Source: Candidatus Hodarchaeota archaeon (lineage in GTDB: Archaea > Asgardarchaeota > Heimdallarchaeia > Hodarchaeales > Hodarchaeaceae). From it: a stretch of DNA of 64,000 nucleotides. The position numbers and the translations under genes are program-made. This document shows, one piece after another, positions 20,035-29,964 of this stretch. How positions within the stretch are numbered: position 1 is the stretch's first letter; each line of letters opens with the position of its first letter. The notes beneath the pieces are model-generated. The model was given only the letters and a program-made list of their open reading frames with translations, searched no databases and was not told where the DNA came from. The stretch is from the NCBI GenBank assembly GCA_016839815.1, contig JAEOTM010000047.1:1-64000 (forward strand), read 5' to 3'.

Positions 20035-21443
20035 GTGATACTAACAATTTATCACGAATCACGGAGAAATTAGTACAATATGGGTTAGCCAATGGTGCTG
20101 ATGAAACTGAAATATTCGGTGTTAATGAAAAACGTACTTCTATCAGCCACAATGGAGAATCTGTTGTTACCAATTCAAATGTAACAGCTGGTCTTGGAAT
20201 CCGAGTAGCTATCGGTAAGAAATGGGCTTTTACCTCATCCTCTTCTCTCGATTTAACTAGTGCTCAAACAGAGATTAATGAGGCAATCAAGATAGCACGT
20301 ATACGGGAAGAAGACCCTGATTTCGCTGGATTTCCTATAGGAGGGAATATTGCTCCATTCAAGCCAGATCTTAAAGATTTAAACAACATTCAGATCGATA
20401 AGATAATCTCTTCACTTATAGATGCACGCAAAAAGGCACTTGATCTAGATAGAAATCTTAGTAATGTCCAAGGCTCTTTTCAATTTATTATTGGAGAACG
20501 AGCGATTTCTAATTCTTCTGGATTGGATTATTCTTATGATCGCGGTAGCTACTCTGCTAGTTTTTCTGCAGTGGGTTCATATGGAGAAAATCGGTTCTCT
20601 GAAAACTCTTTTACTGGAGGAACCAAACTTGATTATGACTTTGACAACCTTGCTTTAGACGCAGCCCAAAGAACAGTCGATATGTTTCAAAAGAGTGAAT
20701 CTGTTGGGGAAGGATCCATGGAAGTATTAATGGAACCTTTTGCTGCTGCCATCTTCTTCATTGGTATTAGCAGATTAATGTTTAAAGGAAATATGGCTTT
20801 AACAAATAGAAGTATCTTAACCTTAAATGATATTGGAACTCAGGTTGGATCAAAAGCATTAACATTTATTGATGATGGTCTTTTAGAGGGAGGAATAAAA
20901 GCGGCCCCCATTGATGATGAAGGTACACCAAGTTCTACAACTCCTCTAATTAAAGAGGGGGTTCTGAAGAATTTTCTTTATGATCATTCTAGTGCAAAGA
21001 AAGCAAGTGCAAAACCCACAGGGAATGCCATGAGAGGGATTGGTCACGGTGCTAGATCTTATACTGCTTTACCAACAATTGGAGCCCGTGATAGAGTAAT
21101 TCAAGCGGGACCTAAATCTCAAGCTAATCTTGTTTCTCAAATTGATAAAGGAATACTGATTGGGTATCCTGCAGGAATCTTCCTAGGAAATCCTATGACA
21201 ACTGATTTTACCATATTTCCCACACGTGTTCTTAAAATTCAGAACGGTGAAATCTTGGGTCCTGTTACCGGAATCTCAATGGCTGGAAATGGTCTGCAAT
21301 GGTTAAAGAATATCAATTCCATTGGCAATGATTCAAAGATGATGGAATCTGTAGTATCCCCTTCAGTTCTGTTTTCGAATATTGCTGTTAATACCAGTCG
21401 AAAAAGAAAAACAGCTAAATCCATGCCTCCTATGATGGGTTAA
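20031..21443 (+). CDS. pmbA: TldE/PmbA subunit (pair 3); start revised to ATG 20031
   Basis: ATGA overlap with the tldD stop. GLGIRV, DDEG, PTGNA. Confidence 0.88.
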   Translation: MSDTNNLSRITEKLVQYGLANGADETEIFGVNEKRTSISHNGESVVTNSNVTAGLGIRVAIGKKWAFTSSSSLDLTSAQTEINEAIKIARIREEDPDFAGFPIGGNIAPFKPDLKDLNNIQIDKIISSLIDARKKALDLDRNLSNVQGSFQFIIGERAISNSSGLDYSYDRGSYSASFSAVGSYGENRFSENSFTGGTKLDYDFDNLALDAAQRTVDMFQKSESVGEGSMEVLMEPFAAAIFFIGISRLMFKGNMALTNRSILTLNDIGTQVGSKALTFIDDGLLEGGIKAAPIDDEGTPSSTTPLIKEGVLKNFLYDHSSAKKASAKPTGNAMRGIGHGARSYTALPTIGARDRVIQAGPKSQANLVSQIDKGILIGYPAGIFLGNPMTTDFTIFPTRVLKIQNGEILGPVTGISMAGNGLQWLKNINSIGNDSKMMESVVSPSVLFSNIAVNTSRKRKTAKSMPPMMG

Positions 21444-21474
21444 GAATTATTTCACAAATACTTAGTGATTTACA

Positions 21475-22692
21475 TTGACGAGTCTAATTACAGAAATAAT
21501 AAGTCACGTCTGGTCATCAAAAGAGTTACTTTCTCCAATTTTTCACTTATGTGACAAAATTGGGCCACGTCCATCTGGTTCCAGAGCAGCTGACAACGCA
21601 GCAAACTTCATTCGATCGAAATTTGATGATTCCCAACTCACAACCTCTATTCACGAATTTTCCCACGGTTCTTGGACAGCAGAGAAGCATTTCCTTGCTA
21701 TTGATAATCAAGAATTCCCTTCAACCCCATTTAATCTTTCAGGAAATGGTCAGCTATCTGGTGAATGCTTTTATCTTCCTAATCCCTCAAAAGAAGCCTT
21801 TGAACACGCTCATTTTGAGGGAAAAATCCTTCTAGCTGAAGCGGTACATGGAATGGGAATGCATCGAACTGAAATTCTTAAAAGAGCTGTTGAAGGTGGG
21901 GCACTTGCTTATATCCAGATCTCTAAAATTCCTGGAGGGATTGTTGAAACAGGTAACATTTCTACAAAAGGAGTTGCTAACATTCCTGCCCTTTGTATTT
22001 CCTATGAAACAGGTCATTTTCTAAGAAGAAAAATCCAGCAAGGAGATGGACGAGTAACTTTAAGTGTAAAAGGATCAGAATTTGAAGTTAAGGGCAAAAA
22101 TGTGATTGGAAATATTGACAGTGGATCAGACGATACTATCATCATAGGAGCTCATTATGATACTTGGGAAAATGGTCCTGGGGCGTTTGATAATGGTACT
22201 GGAATAGCAACCTTGCTAGAGCTATCTAAAACTTTGTCCAAACTACAACAGTCAGGTGTAAATTTTCAATTTATTGCCTTTAGTGCAGAGGAATTAGGTT
22301 TTAAAGGATCGATGGCCTATAAAAAAGAGGTAATTGAGTCGAACAAACTTCAAATTCCAATAATGATGAACCTTGACTGCACAGCTTATCCGAAGGGGCA
22401 AAGAACTTTATCTGTTTCAAATTCTGAAGAAGATTTTGCCATTATAAATCAATTAATTAATTCTTATAATTTCAATTCTGTACTCAACACTCGACCTCCA
22501 TTTGGTACGGATGGATTTCCTTTTTATCTATCTAAAATTCCAGTAGTAAGCTTAGAACAGATAGATAGAACAAAACCTTCGTTTATGCATACTCCATTCG
22601 ATACCCCTGAAAAATTAACTGAGAATTCTTTGAAAAATTCCACAGCAATTGCAGGAGCAATATTAGGAACATTAGTCCAAAAATATCAATAG
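21475..22692 (+). CDS. M28 family metallopeptidase with PA domain
   Basis: GAHYD, GAFDNGTG, AEELG, NLDC, GTD, MHTPFD. No signal peptide. Confidence 0.88.
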   Translation: MTSLITEIISHVWSSKELLSPIFHLCDKIGPRPSGSRAADNAANFIRSKFDDSQLTTSIHEFSHGSWTAEKHFLAIDNQEFPSTPFNLSGNGQLSGECFYLPNPSKEAFEHAHFEGKILLAEAVHGMGMHRTEILKRAVEGGALAYIQISKIPGGIVETGNISTKGVANIPALCISYETGHFLRRKIQQGDGRVTLSVKGSEFEVKGKNVIGNIDSGSDDTIIIGAHYDTWENGPGAFDNGTGIATLLELSKTLSKLQQSGVNFQFIAFSAEELGFKGSMAYKKEVIESNKLQIPIMMNLDCTAYPKGQRTLSVSNSEEDFAIINQLINSYNFNSVLNTRPPFGTDGFPFYLSKIPVVSLEQIDRTKPSFMHTPFDTPEKLTENSLKNSTAIAGAILGTLVQKYQ

Positions 22693-22696
22693 ACAC

Positions 22697-23944
22697 GTGA
22701 ATGTTATGAGAGAACCTATTGGCGATATTATTGGGAATATCTGGAGTTCTACGGATATTTCAAATAATTTAAACTACATCTGTGACACATTTGGGCCACG
22801 ACCAGCAGGAAGTGAATCAGCAGATTTAGCTGGGGATTATATTAAGAATAAACTTGATGAATATGGATTAGATACGCATAAACATCAGTTTGAACATGCA
22901 TACTGGGAAAAAGAAAAAGCGGAGTTCTATCTTGACAATAACAAACTGCATGCTATTCCATTTCACTTTTCTAAGTCAGAGGAGCTTACAGGGGATTGTT
23001 TCATATTAAAAACTCCTTCAGAGAAATCCTTTGAAAAAGCGAATTTCCAAGGAAAGATCCTCCTCGTAACACCAACTAAGCAACGTCATGGTGGAATGAG
23101 TAGGAAGGAAATGTTCAGACGAGCTGTTGAAGGAGGAGCTATTGGTTTTATTCAAATGTCAAGTATTATGGGAGGAGTTCTAGAAACAGGAAGTATAGGT
23201 AATGACTTTACTGAAATTCCTGCATTTTCCTGTTCATTTGAGAATGGAAGGTTAATCGAACGATTGCAGAATAAAGGAAAAGGGAAAATTTCTCTCTCAA
23301 TTCAAGGAAAAAAAGTGAAAAAATCTTCATATAATATAATCGGGGATATAAAAGGGAGTTCAGATAACATGGTTATATCTGGGGCTCATTATGATACCTG
23401 GGATATCGGCCCAGGTGCTTTTGATAATGGTACTGGTGTTTCGACTGTTTTAGCATTAGCAGAGGTATATAGTAAATCGACAGTCAAAGATAAATTCGAT
23501 GATACATTACGATTCATCTTCTTTTCTGGTGAGGAATTAGGAATTCTTGGATCTGAAGCCTACACAAAGGATTATATTGATACAGATAGAACCCCAAAAG
23601 TATCACTCATGTGTAATTATGATTGCACGAACATTAAGGGTGGTGTGAGAGGTGCATTTACTTCTAATAGTATGTCAATGCATAAAAGTATCGTTAATTT
23701 TGTTGAATCGCGAGGATTCGATATTAAGATGAGTTTACGTCCACCCCATGGAACAGATGCAATTCATTTTTCAAATCGGAAAATACCGACATTCGGATTA
23801 GCCCAATTTACCGCTCCCAGTTATATGCACACGGCATTTGATACTCCAGATAAGATAGACATCTCTGAATTGAAAAATTCAACCGCAATTGCAGGTGCGA
23901 TATTAGCTGATCTACTTATCACAGGAAAAATGAAAAACGTTTAA
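22697..23944 (+). CDS. M28 family metallopeptidase with PA domain, tandem paralog
   Basis: GAHYD, GAFDNGTG, GEELG, NYDC, GTD, MHTAFD. Confidence 0.88.
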   Translation: MNVMREPIGDIIGNIWSSTDISNNLNYICDTFGPRPAGSESADLAGDYIKNKLDEYGLDTHKHQFEHAYWEKEKAEFYLDNNKLHAIPFHFSKSEELTGDCFILKTPSEKSFEKANFQGKILLVTPTKQRHGGMSRKEMFRRAVEGGAIGFIQMSSIMGGVLETGSIGNDFTEIPAFSCSFENGRLIERLQNKGKGKISLSIQGKKVKKSSYNIIGDIKGSSDNMVISGAHYDTWDIGPGAFDNGTGVSTVLALAEVYSKSTVKDKFDDTLRFIFFSGEELGILGSEAYTKDYIDTDRTPKVSLMCNYDCTNIKGGVRGAFTSNSMSMHKSIVNFVESRGFDIKMSLRPPHGTDAIHFSNRKIPTFGLAQFTAPSYMHTAFDTPDKIDISELKNSTAIAGAILADLLITGKMKNV

Positions 23945-23958
23945 TTTCTGTGAAAGAA

Positions 23959-24498
23959 TCACCAATCTGATTTAAGAAGATCCATTATAATGGAATCAAT
24001 ATATAGACCATTATTAAAATAGGCCTCACGACGTCTCCCGACCTCTTTGAATCCTATTTTTTCATAACACCGTTGAGCCTGAGGATGTCCTGAAAATAGT
24101 TCTAATTCTATAGAGTGAAGATTAAGAGTGTTGAAAGCATATTCTACAATGAGTTGCATTGATTCCGTTCCCAATCCCTTATTCCAATAATCCTTATTGA
24201 AAATTACAATTCCCAAACTACCCCGCCTTGCTGTTGAATCTTTAATTTCAAGTCCTAAATGCCCAATGTAAAGATTTGTCTCTTTGTAGACAATAGCAAA
24301 AATATACCCTTTTCCTTCACTCCTCAACTGCCATCCACCCTTGATCCATTCAATTTCTTCATCTCTAGATTGAGGAGCTTTATTTAAAATGTTTATTCGA
24401 TGTTCTGGTTTATTCCAGTGTTTCATTAATTCGTCTACGTCACTAATTTCCAAACCACGTAGGATAATATTTGATCCTTCTAACATAATAAACCACAC
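23959..24498 (-). CDS. RimJ/RimL-like GNAT acetyltransferase
   Basis: YWNKGLGTE, YEKIGFKEVG. Confidence 0.85.
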   Translation of the reverse strand: MWFIMLEGSNIILRGLEISDVDELMKHWNKPEHRINILNKAPQSRDEEIEWIKGGWQLRSEGKGYIFAIVYKETNLYIGHLGLEIKDSTARRGSLGIVIFNKDYWNKGLGTESMQLIVEYAFNTLNLHSIELELFSGHPQAQRCYEKIGFKEVGRRREAYFNNGLYIDSIIMDLLKSDW

Positions 24499-24502
24499 TC
24501 AT

Positions 24503-25402
24503 CTAACTGGATAATTGGTCAAGTGTTTGTTGTAATTCATTGGGTGAAAAATTGCATAAGTTACGTAGGTATCTTCGAAAAGATCTATCTTTTCGTAAAT
24601 CTTCAGAAATCTGGTTAATAGGTCGTTTATATTTTCTCTCGACAATAGCAAAAAATATCTTCTCTTGTCTGAACATTTGTTCGCTTATAGCGTTCATTAC
24701 GCGGAGTGCAATTTTCTTTGCTGTTGGAAAGAAATCAGGATCATCTTCGAACCATCCTCCTTCACGTTCATACTCCGCGAAGGACAGAGGATCCCCAAAT
24801 GATACAGAGATATAGGATTTATATCTTGGAAAAAATCCACCACGAGCAAGTGCAGCTCCTGCCCCATGAATGAACAGAGGGACTACTGGTAATTTACCAT
24901 TCATTAAGAGAACAACTCGTCCAATTCCACTCCTTGGATCTTTTGTTAAATTGAAGTAGTCGTCAACAGGTGTGCTTCCAATCCGTCTTCCCTGAGGCGA
25001 CATATAGAGGCCTTTACCTTCCTTTAACGTTTTTGCTGCAAATTTTAGTCCAGGACTTGGATTTTCACGATAAACTGGGAAAGCTCCAGCCCATGTAAGC
25101 TGACGGTAGAACCAATTCTCTTTCATAACGTACCCGTTCCCCATGAATGATAAAAACCGACGTGTTCCATAAGGTTCTGCAATAGCTCCTCCTACTATTA
25201 AAGCATCCAAGTTAGATTGGTGATTGCTGCAAAAAACAACGGGTTCCCCTTCATGGTATTGATTTCCTACTTTTTTATCGTAAATTACAAAACGGAAGTA
25301 GTTATGGATAAACCATGGCACTAGCTTAAAAATGATAAGGTATCTAGCTCTCTTAAAGAATGACCAGTGTTTAGGTTTCTTTTTAGTCGTAGTTTTGGAC
25401 AT
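24503..25402 (-). CDS. Lysophospholipid/glycerolipid acyltransferase (PlsC-like)
   Basis: NHQSNLD (HX4D), GAFPVYR, PQGRR, PVVP. Confidence 0.85.
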   Translation of the reverse strand: MSKTTTKKKPKHWSFFKRARYLIIFKLVPWFIHNYFRFVIYDKKVGNQYHEGEPVVFCSNHQSNLDALIVGGAIAEPYGTRRFLSFMGNGYVMKENWFYRQLTWAGAFPVYRENPSPGLKFAAKTLKEGKGLYMSPQGRRIGSTPVDDYFNLTKDPRSGIGRVVLLMNGKLPVVPLFIHGAGAALARGGFFPRYKSYISVSFGDPLSFAEYEREGGWFEDDPDFFPTAKKIALRVMNAISEQMFRQEKIFFAIVERKYKRPINQISEDLRKDRSFRRYLRNLCNFSPNELQQTLDQLSS

Positions 25403-25498
25403 TGAAATCCCTTTTTAGAATGAAAACGCTACTTTTTGATTACTTTATATCAGTGAGGAAACGAGGTTCCCGCAATCTATGGAAACCTAAATTTCTTC

Positions 25499-26158
25499 TC
25501 AAATCTTTAATTTTTTTCCAAAGATTAATGTCTTTACATCTGGCGCATCAGGCCATAATCCCATAAGTGAAGGGGAAGAATGAAGTAAATTATACTCCGA
25601 TTTTTTGTAAAAGGGTATAGCTTTAATATTCTTATCAGAGGTATATAAATGGACACCTTTGCAGCTGTTTAATAGGAGGTGTTCTTCTAAACGAAGTAAT
25701 AACTTTGTTCCAATCCCTTGCTGGTGATAATGAGGAAGAACATTGATATGGAGATGAGCAGGATAATCCACAACTAGCTCCTGTTTAAAGGAATTATCTT
25801 GTTTAGATTCTAATCGTCTCATATGTCGAATAATATTGAAGCTTCTTCTGTAACGCCATAGACTATAGAATATAACTCGTATCAATATTTTAGGGATCAT
25901 CTTACGTGTAAAAGCAGATTTTTGTACCTTGGAATCTAAGCTACTCAATATATATCCAACAACTGTACCCTCCTTGTCATCAATAGCAACAAAACAATTT
26001 TCTGGTTCATAATCAACATAATATAAGCAAAATAATAGACCAAATAAATAATGATCATCAAAACGGTCTCTTGCATCCTCACCCATATAACCAGTCTGAA
26101 TACAAATATCAATTATTCCTTTACGGTCATCTTTCTTGTATTTTCGAATTTCAATCAA
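25499..26158 (-). CDS. GNAT family acetyltransferase
   Basis: YPAHLHINVLP, QQGIG, AIPFY. Confidence 0.85.
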   Translation of the reverse strand: MIEIRKYKKDDRKGIIDICIQTGYMGEDARDRFDDHYLFGLLFCLYYVDYEPENCFVAIDDKEGTVVGYILSSLDSKVQKSAFTRKMIPKILIRVIFYSLWRYRRSFNIIRHMRRLESKQDNSFKQELVVDYPAHLHINVLPHYHQQGIGTKLLLRLEEHLLLNSCKGVHLYTSDKNIKAIPFYKKSEYNLLHSSPSLMGLWPDAPDVKTLIFGKKLKI

Positions 26159-26191
26159 AATTCTACCTTCTATTCCTTCAAAAAGTCTGTT

Positions 26192-27802
26192 TTATTTTCG
26201 TTTGCGGGATACTTTCCTGCGTAGAATAATAACTGATAAGATCAGTAAGACCTCGAAAATTAGAATTCCAGAAGAATCGTTCTCGGTGGAAATTTCAGAT
26301 GTTGTTAAATTTTTCTCTGTCGTAGTCGGGTTTGGACTATATGTTGATTCAGAAGTGGGAATTTGGGTAGTACTTGTAGTCGTAGTTGTAGTTGTTTCTT
26401 GATATGGAGCAGTAGTTTCATTCACAGAATATACTGTATATCCTTTTGGAGGAGCCCATATTTCGGTCCAACCTTCAGAATTTGTTTCCTCATCAATAGC
26501 ATGACCTGTGTAGTCTGATAGGGTGGAATTAACCCATTTTGACTGAATATATTCTCCTCGCCATTCTGTACCATCATTCAATGCAATGATACATCCTGGA
26601 TCTCCATTTCGTTGAGCAATATAAAAATTTTCATCAGAATATAGGATGGTAGTAGAACCTTTAGCAAACTGATTATGAATGTCAATGAGAGTATTAATAG
26701 GGATTTTCAAGGCAGGATTTCGCCAATCGCGCCAGAATATACTGGGATATCCCTCAGAAGTAAGAATGAAAGCGTAAGCCATCATTTTATTATTAACAAT
26801 CTCGTCAGTATCATGATTCGCGATGAAAGTTACGCTCTGAAGGGGGCGATTCCCCATTACTCCAAGATATACCGGATTTGCAAGATTCCTCATATCATAA
26901 GAACCATCTCCATTACAAAAATCTCTCAACGTGTAATATAAGGGAAAGTCGAATGCACTTACTGTATTTCCTGTACTGTCTAAATAATCAAAAATTAAAT
27001 CTTTATTTCCATCCCAGAATTCAGCTACACCCCAGCCTCCAACGATATCCATCCAATCCTCAACCATACTTGCATGATATCCTTTAACATAATCAAACCG
27101 CCATCCAGAATAGCCTATGTCATCTCGTAACCATTCTCCCCATTGAAGGAGGCTTTCATTCACATATGGATTGGCATGACACAAATCAGGAAATCCTCCG
27201 AAAATCCCTTCATCAGATGTTTCAAAAGTGCTTGGATGAAAATCATTATACCCACGTAGAAATTTAGTACTTACCACGGTCGAAAAATCTGTGTAAGTGC
27301 TAGAATTTGTATTTGGGTTGAATTCTTGATTACCCCCACTATTATGGTTTAAAACTAAATCTCCGATTACAGAAAGTCCTAAGGATCGGCTATGATTTAA
27401 GAGTGAAATTAGATGAGATTTGACACCAAACCTCGTAGCAATTGATCCCTTCTGATTGAATTCACCTAAGTCATAATAATCATATGGGTCGTATCCCATT
27501 GAATTTCCCCCGCTTTGGGCTTTACTCGGAGGAGGTAACCATATTGAATCAAAACCCGAAGCATTAATTTCAGGAAGAGTCTCATTGATTGTATTATACC
27601 AAGTGTACTGAGGAACGTCCCAATAGAATGCTTGTAGCATAACTTTACTTCCGATAACTGTCGATGAATCAGAAATAACCTCTTGAGTAGTTATCTTCTT
27701 AATGCTTGGAGAGTTTGTTAGAGAAATGAATTCTGCTAACCCAACAAGGGGAAGAGTGAGTGAAATAAAGCAAATTACCAATAAAGGTTTTTTAAGCATC
27801 AT
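26192..27802 (-). CDS. Secreted, membrane-anchored GH13 alpha-amylase (Thermococcales-like type)
   Basis: MLQAFYWDVP, GYDPYDYYDLG, WRFDYVKG, AEFWD, NHDTD. Thr-rich linker and C-terminal TM with basic tail. Confidence 0.9.
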   Translation of the reverse strand: MMLKKPLLVICFISLTLPLVGLAEFISLTNSPSIKKITTQEVISDSSTVIGSKVMLQAFYWDVPQYTWYNTINETLPEINASGFDSIWLPPPSKAQSGGNSMGYDPYDYYDLGEFNQKGSIATRFGVKSHLISLLNHSRSLGLSVIGDLVLNHNSGGNQEFNPNTNSSTYTDFSTVVSTKFLRGYNDFHPSTFETSDEGIFGGFPDLCHANPYVNESLLQWGEWLRDDIGYSGWRFDYVKGYHASMVEDWMDIVGGWGVAEFWDGNKDLIFDYLDSTGNTVSAFDFPLYYTLRDFCNGDGSYDMRNLANPVYLGVMGNRPLQSVTFIANHDTDEIVNNKMMAYAFILTSEGYPSIFWRDWRNPALKIPINTLIDIHNQFAKGSTTILYSDENFYIAQRNGDPGCIIALNDGTEWRGEYIQSKWVNSTLSDYTGHAIDEETNSEGWTEIWAPPKGYTVYSVNETTAPYQETTTTTTTSTTQIPTSESTYSPNPTTTEKNLTTSEISTENDSSGILIFEVLLILSVIILRRKVSRKRK

Positions 27803-28290
27803 TAATGCAACAACTTCAGCTGATTCACAATCATTTCCGATATCTGTCGTAAATATTTCTGATCAACATCATCAAATGCACCAACTTGATCTGAATCGAC
27901 ATCAATTTGCCCAATAATGATTTCATTGTCTTCAATCAGGACCACAATTTCCGAACGAGTTCCGACAGAACAGGCTAAATAATTAGTTAATTCCCTTACA
28001 TCTTGAATTACTTTATCCGTCCTATCTGCCACAGCCGATCCGCACACACCTTGACCGACTGGAATTCGTATGTGTTCAGTTTCTAACCCGATATAGTTAT
28101 CAAGATTTAACTCCTGCTTCTCAGAATCTAAAAGATATATACCTACCCAATCAAAATATGGGATATTTGATAATTCTCCAACTACCGTCATGTAAATTTC
28201 TGTTGGGTCAATCATTTCGGTTGAATCAAACGTTTCTGTTAAATTATTAATAATTTTGGTGAAGTGGGCAATTTTTTCATTTGGATCCAT
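27802..28290 (-). CDS. GAF-domain protein (free methionine-R-sulfoxide reductase MsrC-like)
   Basis: DWVGIY, GQGVCG, YLACS, SEIVV, DVDS. Confidence 0.75.
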   Translation of the reverse strand: MDPNEKIAHFTKIINNLTETFDSTEMIDPTEIYMTVVGELSNIPYFDWVGIYLLDSEKQELNLDNYIGLETEHIRIPVGQGVCGSAVADRTDKVIQDVRELTNYLACSVGTRSEIVVLIEDNEIIIGQIDVDSDQVGAFDDVDQKYLRQISEMIVNQLKLLH

Positions 28291-28451
28291 TTTTCCAGCG
28301 CATCCATAGGTTTTACTTTTCTTCTGGTTTGTATGAAGAGAGAAAGATTGATGTTTTCAGAGTTACCTCTACATTGATATTAGTTGTTTTCCTTAACACT
28401 TAATAACCCTTGATGTGAGAACCTTTTAGGATTTTAATGAGGTAATTAAAA

Positions 28452-29852
28452 ATGAAGCAATTCAAAAAACTGACTTCTCTACTCTTAATTCTAAGTATAA
28501 CTGTTATTATGACAAGTAACGCACAAACCATTGCACAACCTGAAAAACAGATGGCTGTCCAAGCGTTTGAGCCTTATAAGTTTATCGCCTATGGTGATAC
28601 ACGGAACACCCCTACAGGCGACAATACAGGGATAGAAAAAACATCTGTAATGATTGAAGATGTTATGGCCGAACACGATATCGCATTTATCTTACATGTT
28701 GGCGACATGATGGATTCAGGGGGCTCACAAGACGAATATGATGACTATTGGTGGCCTCATATGGGTGATATTGTGAACCAAGTACCTTTTTACGTTGCTG
28801 CTGGTAATCATGAATACGTACCCTTAAGTGGACCCGATGATGTGGATTTGTCCGTTTTTAGATCGAATGTAGTAAACTTGAATAATTCTCCTTATTCTGA
28901 ACAGTTCTTTAGTTTTGATCAACCAAATGGGGATACTCATTTCATAGTTTTAAATGGTGTCTACTATTTTGAACATGGAATGAATACAACCCTGCAAGCT
29001 GAACAATATGCTTGGATGGAAGCTGATTTGGCCGCAACTAATGCTTCTCGTATTGTTGTGATGAATCACTATCCTCTTTATGGAGCAAGTATCGCAAGAA
29101 TCGGTGAGCGGGAAATAATGCGGAACGAATTTTTAGATCTCTTTATTCAGTATGATGTTGATTTTGTAATCGCGGGACACGATCATCAAGTCGTCCATCA
29201 ATACAGAAATGAAACAGATCACCTAATTATTGGTGCAGGAACTGCAGCTTATACCTATCCTACTCCCCCTCAAGGGTTAGGTAATGAATGGGAGGATGGC
29301 GATTATGCCATCGGTGGGGTGTATGCAATTTCACTGGTAGAAGTAACAGCGGCAGGATTTGATGTAGATGTCATCTTAGATAATGGTACAACCGTTTATG
29401 AATTCTTTGTTGATGCTGCTATGCCTGATGATGTTGCTCCTGATCTTACTTCTCCTTCTGATCTATCTTTCACAGTAGGAGACACTGGAAAAGAAGTTTC
29501 TTGGACAGTTACCGATGTTAATTCAGGTACTTATTCAATAACGGTAGATGGTGTAGAAGAAGATTCAGGGCCTTGGAATAGTGGTGATACCATTACGTAT
29601 GATGTTAGTTCCTTTGCAGTTGGGACATATAGTGTTGTATTCAATGCAACAGACTCTGCTGGGAATTCAGCCACTGATACGGTTCAAGTACAAGTTTCGG
29701 ATGTGGTAGTGACCACTACAACGACAACAACGACGGCAGCGGCGACAACAACCGATGATGAACCTTCAGATGCTCCTGGTTTTGAAATTCTCATTGGTCT
29801 TGTAGCGTCGCTATCATTAGCAATTTTGTATAAGAGAAAGAAGAGATCTTAA
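28452..29852 (+). CDS. Cell-anchored calcineurin-like metallophosphoesterase with Ig-like domain and PGF-type tail
   Basis: YGD, HVGD, GNHE, GHDH. Ig-like domain, Thr linker, APGFE + TM + KRKKRS. Confidence 0.87.
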   Translation: MKQFKKLTSLLLILSITVIMTSNAQTIAQPEKQMAVQAFEPYKFIAYGDTRNTPTGDNTGIEKTSVMIEDVMAEHDIAFILHVGDMMDSGGSQDEYDDYWWPHMGDIVNQVPFYVAAGNHEYVPLSGPDDVDLSVFRSNVVNLNNSPYSEQFFSFDQPNGDTHFIVLNGVYYFEHGMNTTLQAEQYAWMEADLAATNASRIVVMNHYPLYGASIARIGEREIMRNEFLDLFIQYDVDFVIAGHDHQVVHQYRNETDHLIIGAGTAAYTYPTPPQGLGNEWEDGDYAIGGVYAISLVEVTAAGFDVDVILDNGTTVYEFFVDAAMPDDVAPDLTSPSDLSFTVGDTGKEVSWTVTDVNSGTYSITVDGVEEDSGPWNSGDTITYDVSSFAVGTYSVVFNATDSAGNSATDTVQVQVSDVVVTTTTTTTTAAATTTDDEPSDAPGFEILIGLVASLSLAILYKRKKRS

Positions 29853-29890
29853 TTTCCTCTTTCCTCTCTTTTTCTTTTTTGTTTATTTTA
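29853..29890 (+). terminator. Archaeal-type oligo-U terminator
   Basis: TTTCCTCTTTCCTCTCTTTTTCTTTTTTGTTT directly after the stop codon. Confidence 0.5.
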
Positions 29891-29964
29891 AAAGTACATT
29901 TCGTCCTCTTATATTCAGAATCGTAATCATAAACACATTCAACTCAATTACTAGGATACTTAGA

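Noticed and set aside
29710-29755. ACN trinucleotide-like repeats (also near 1480-1545 and 26370-26400)
   Set aside because: They encode Thr-rich linkers of surface proteins; not CRISPR or VNTR elements.
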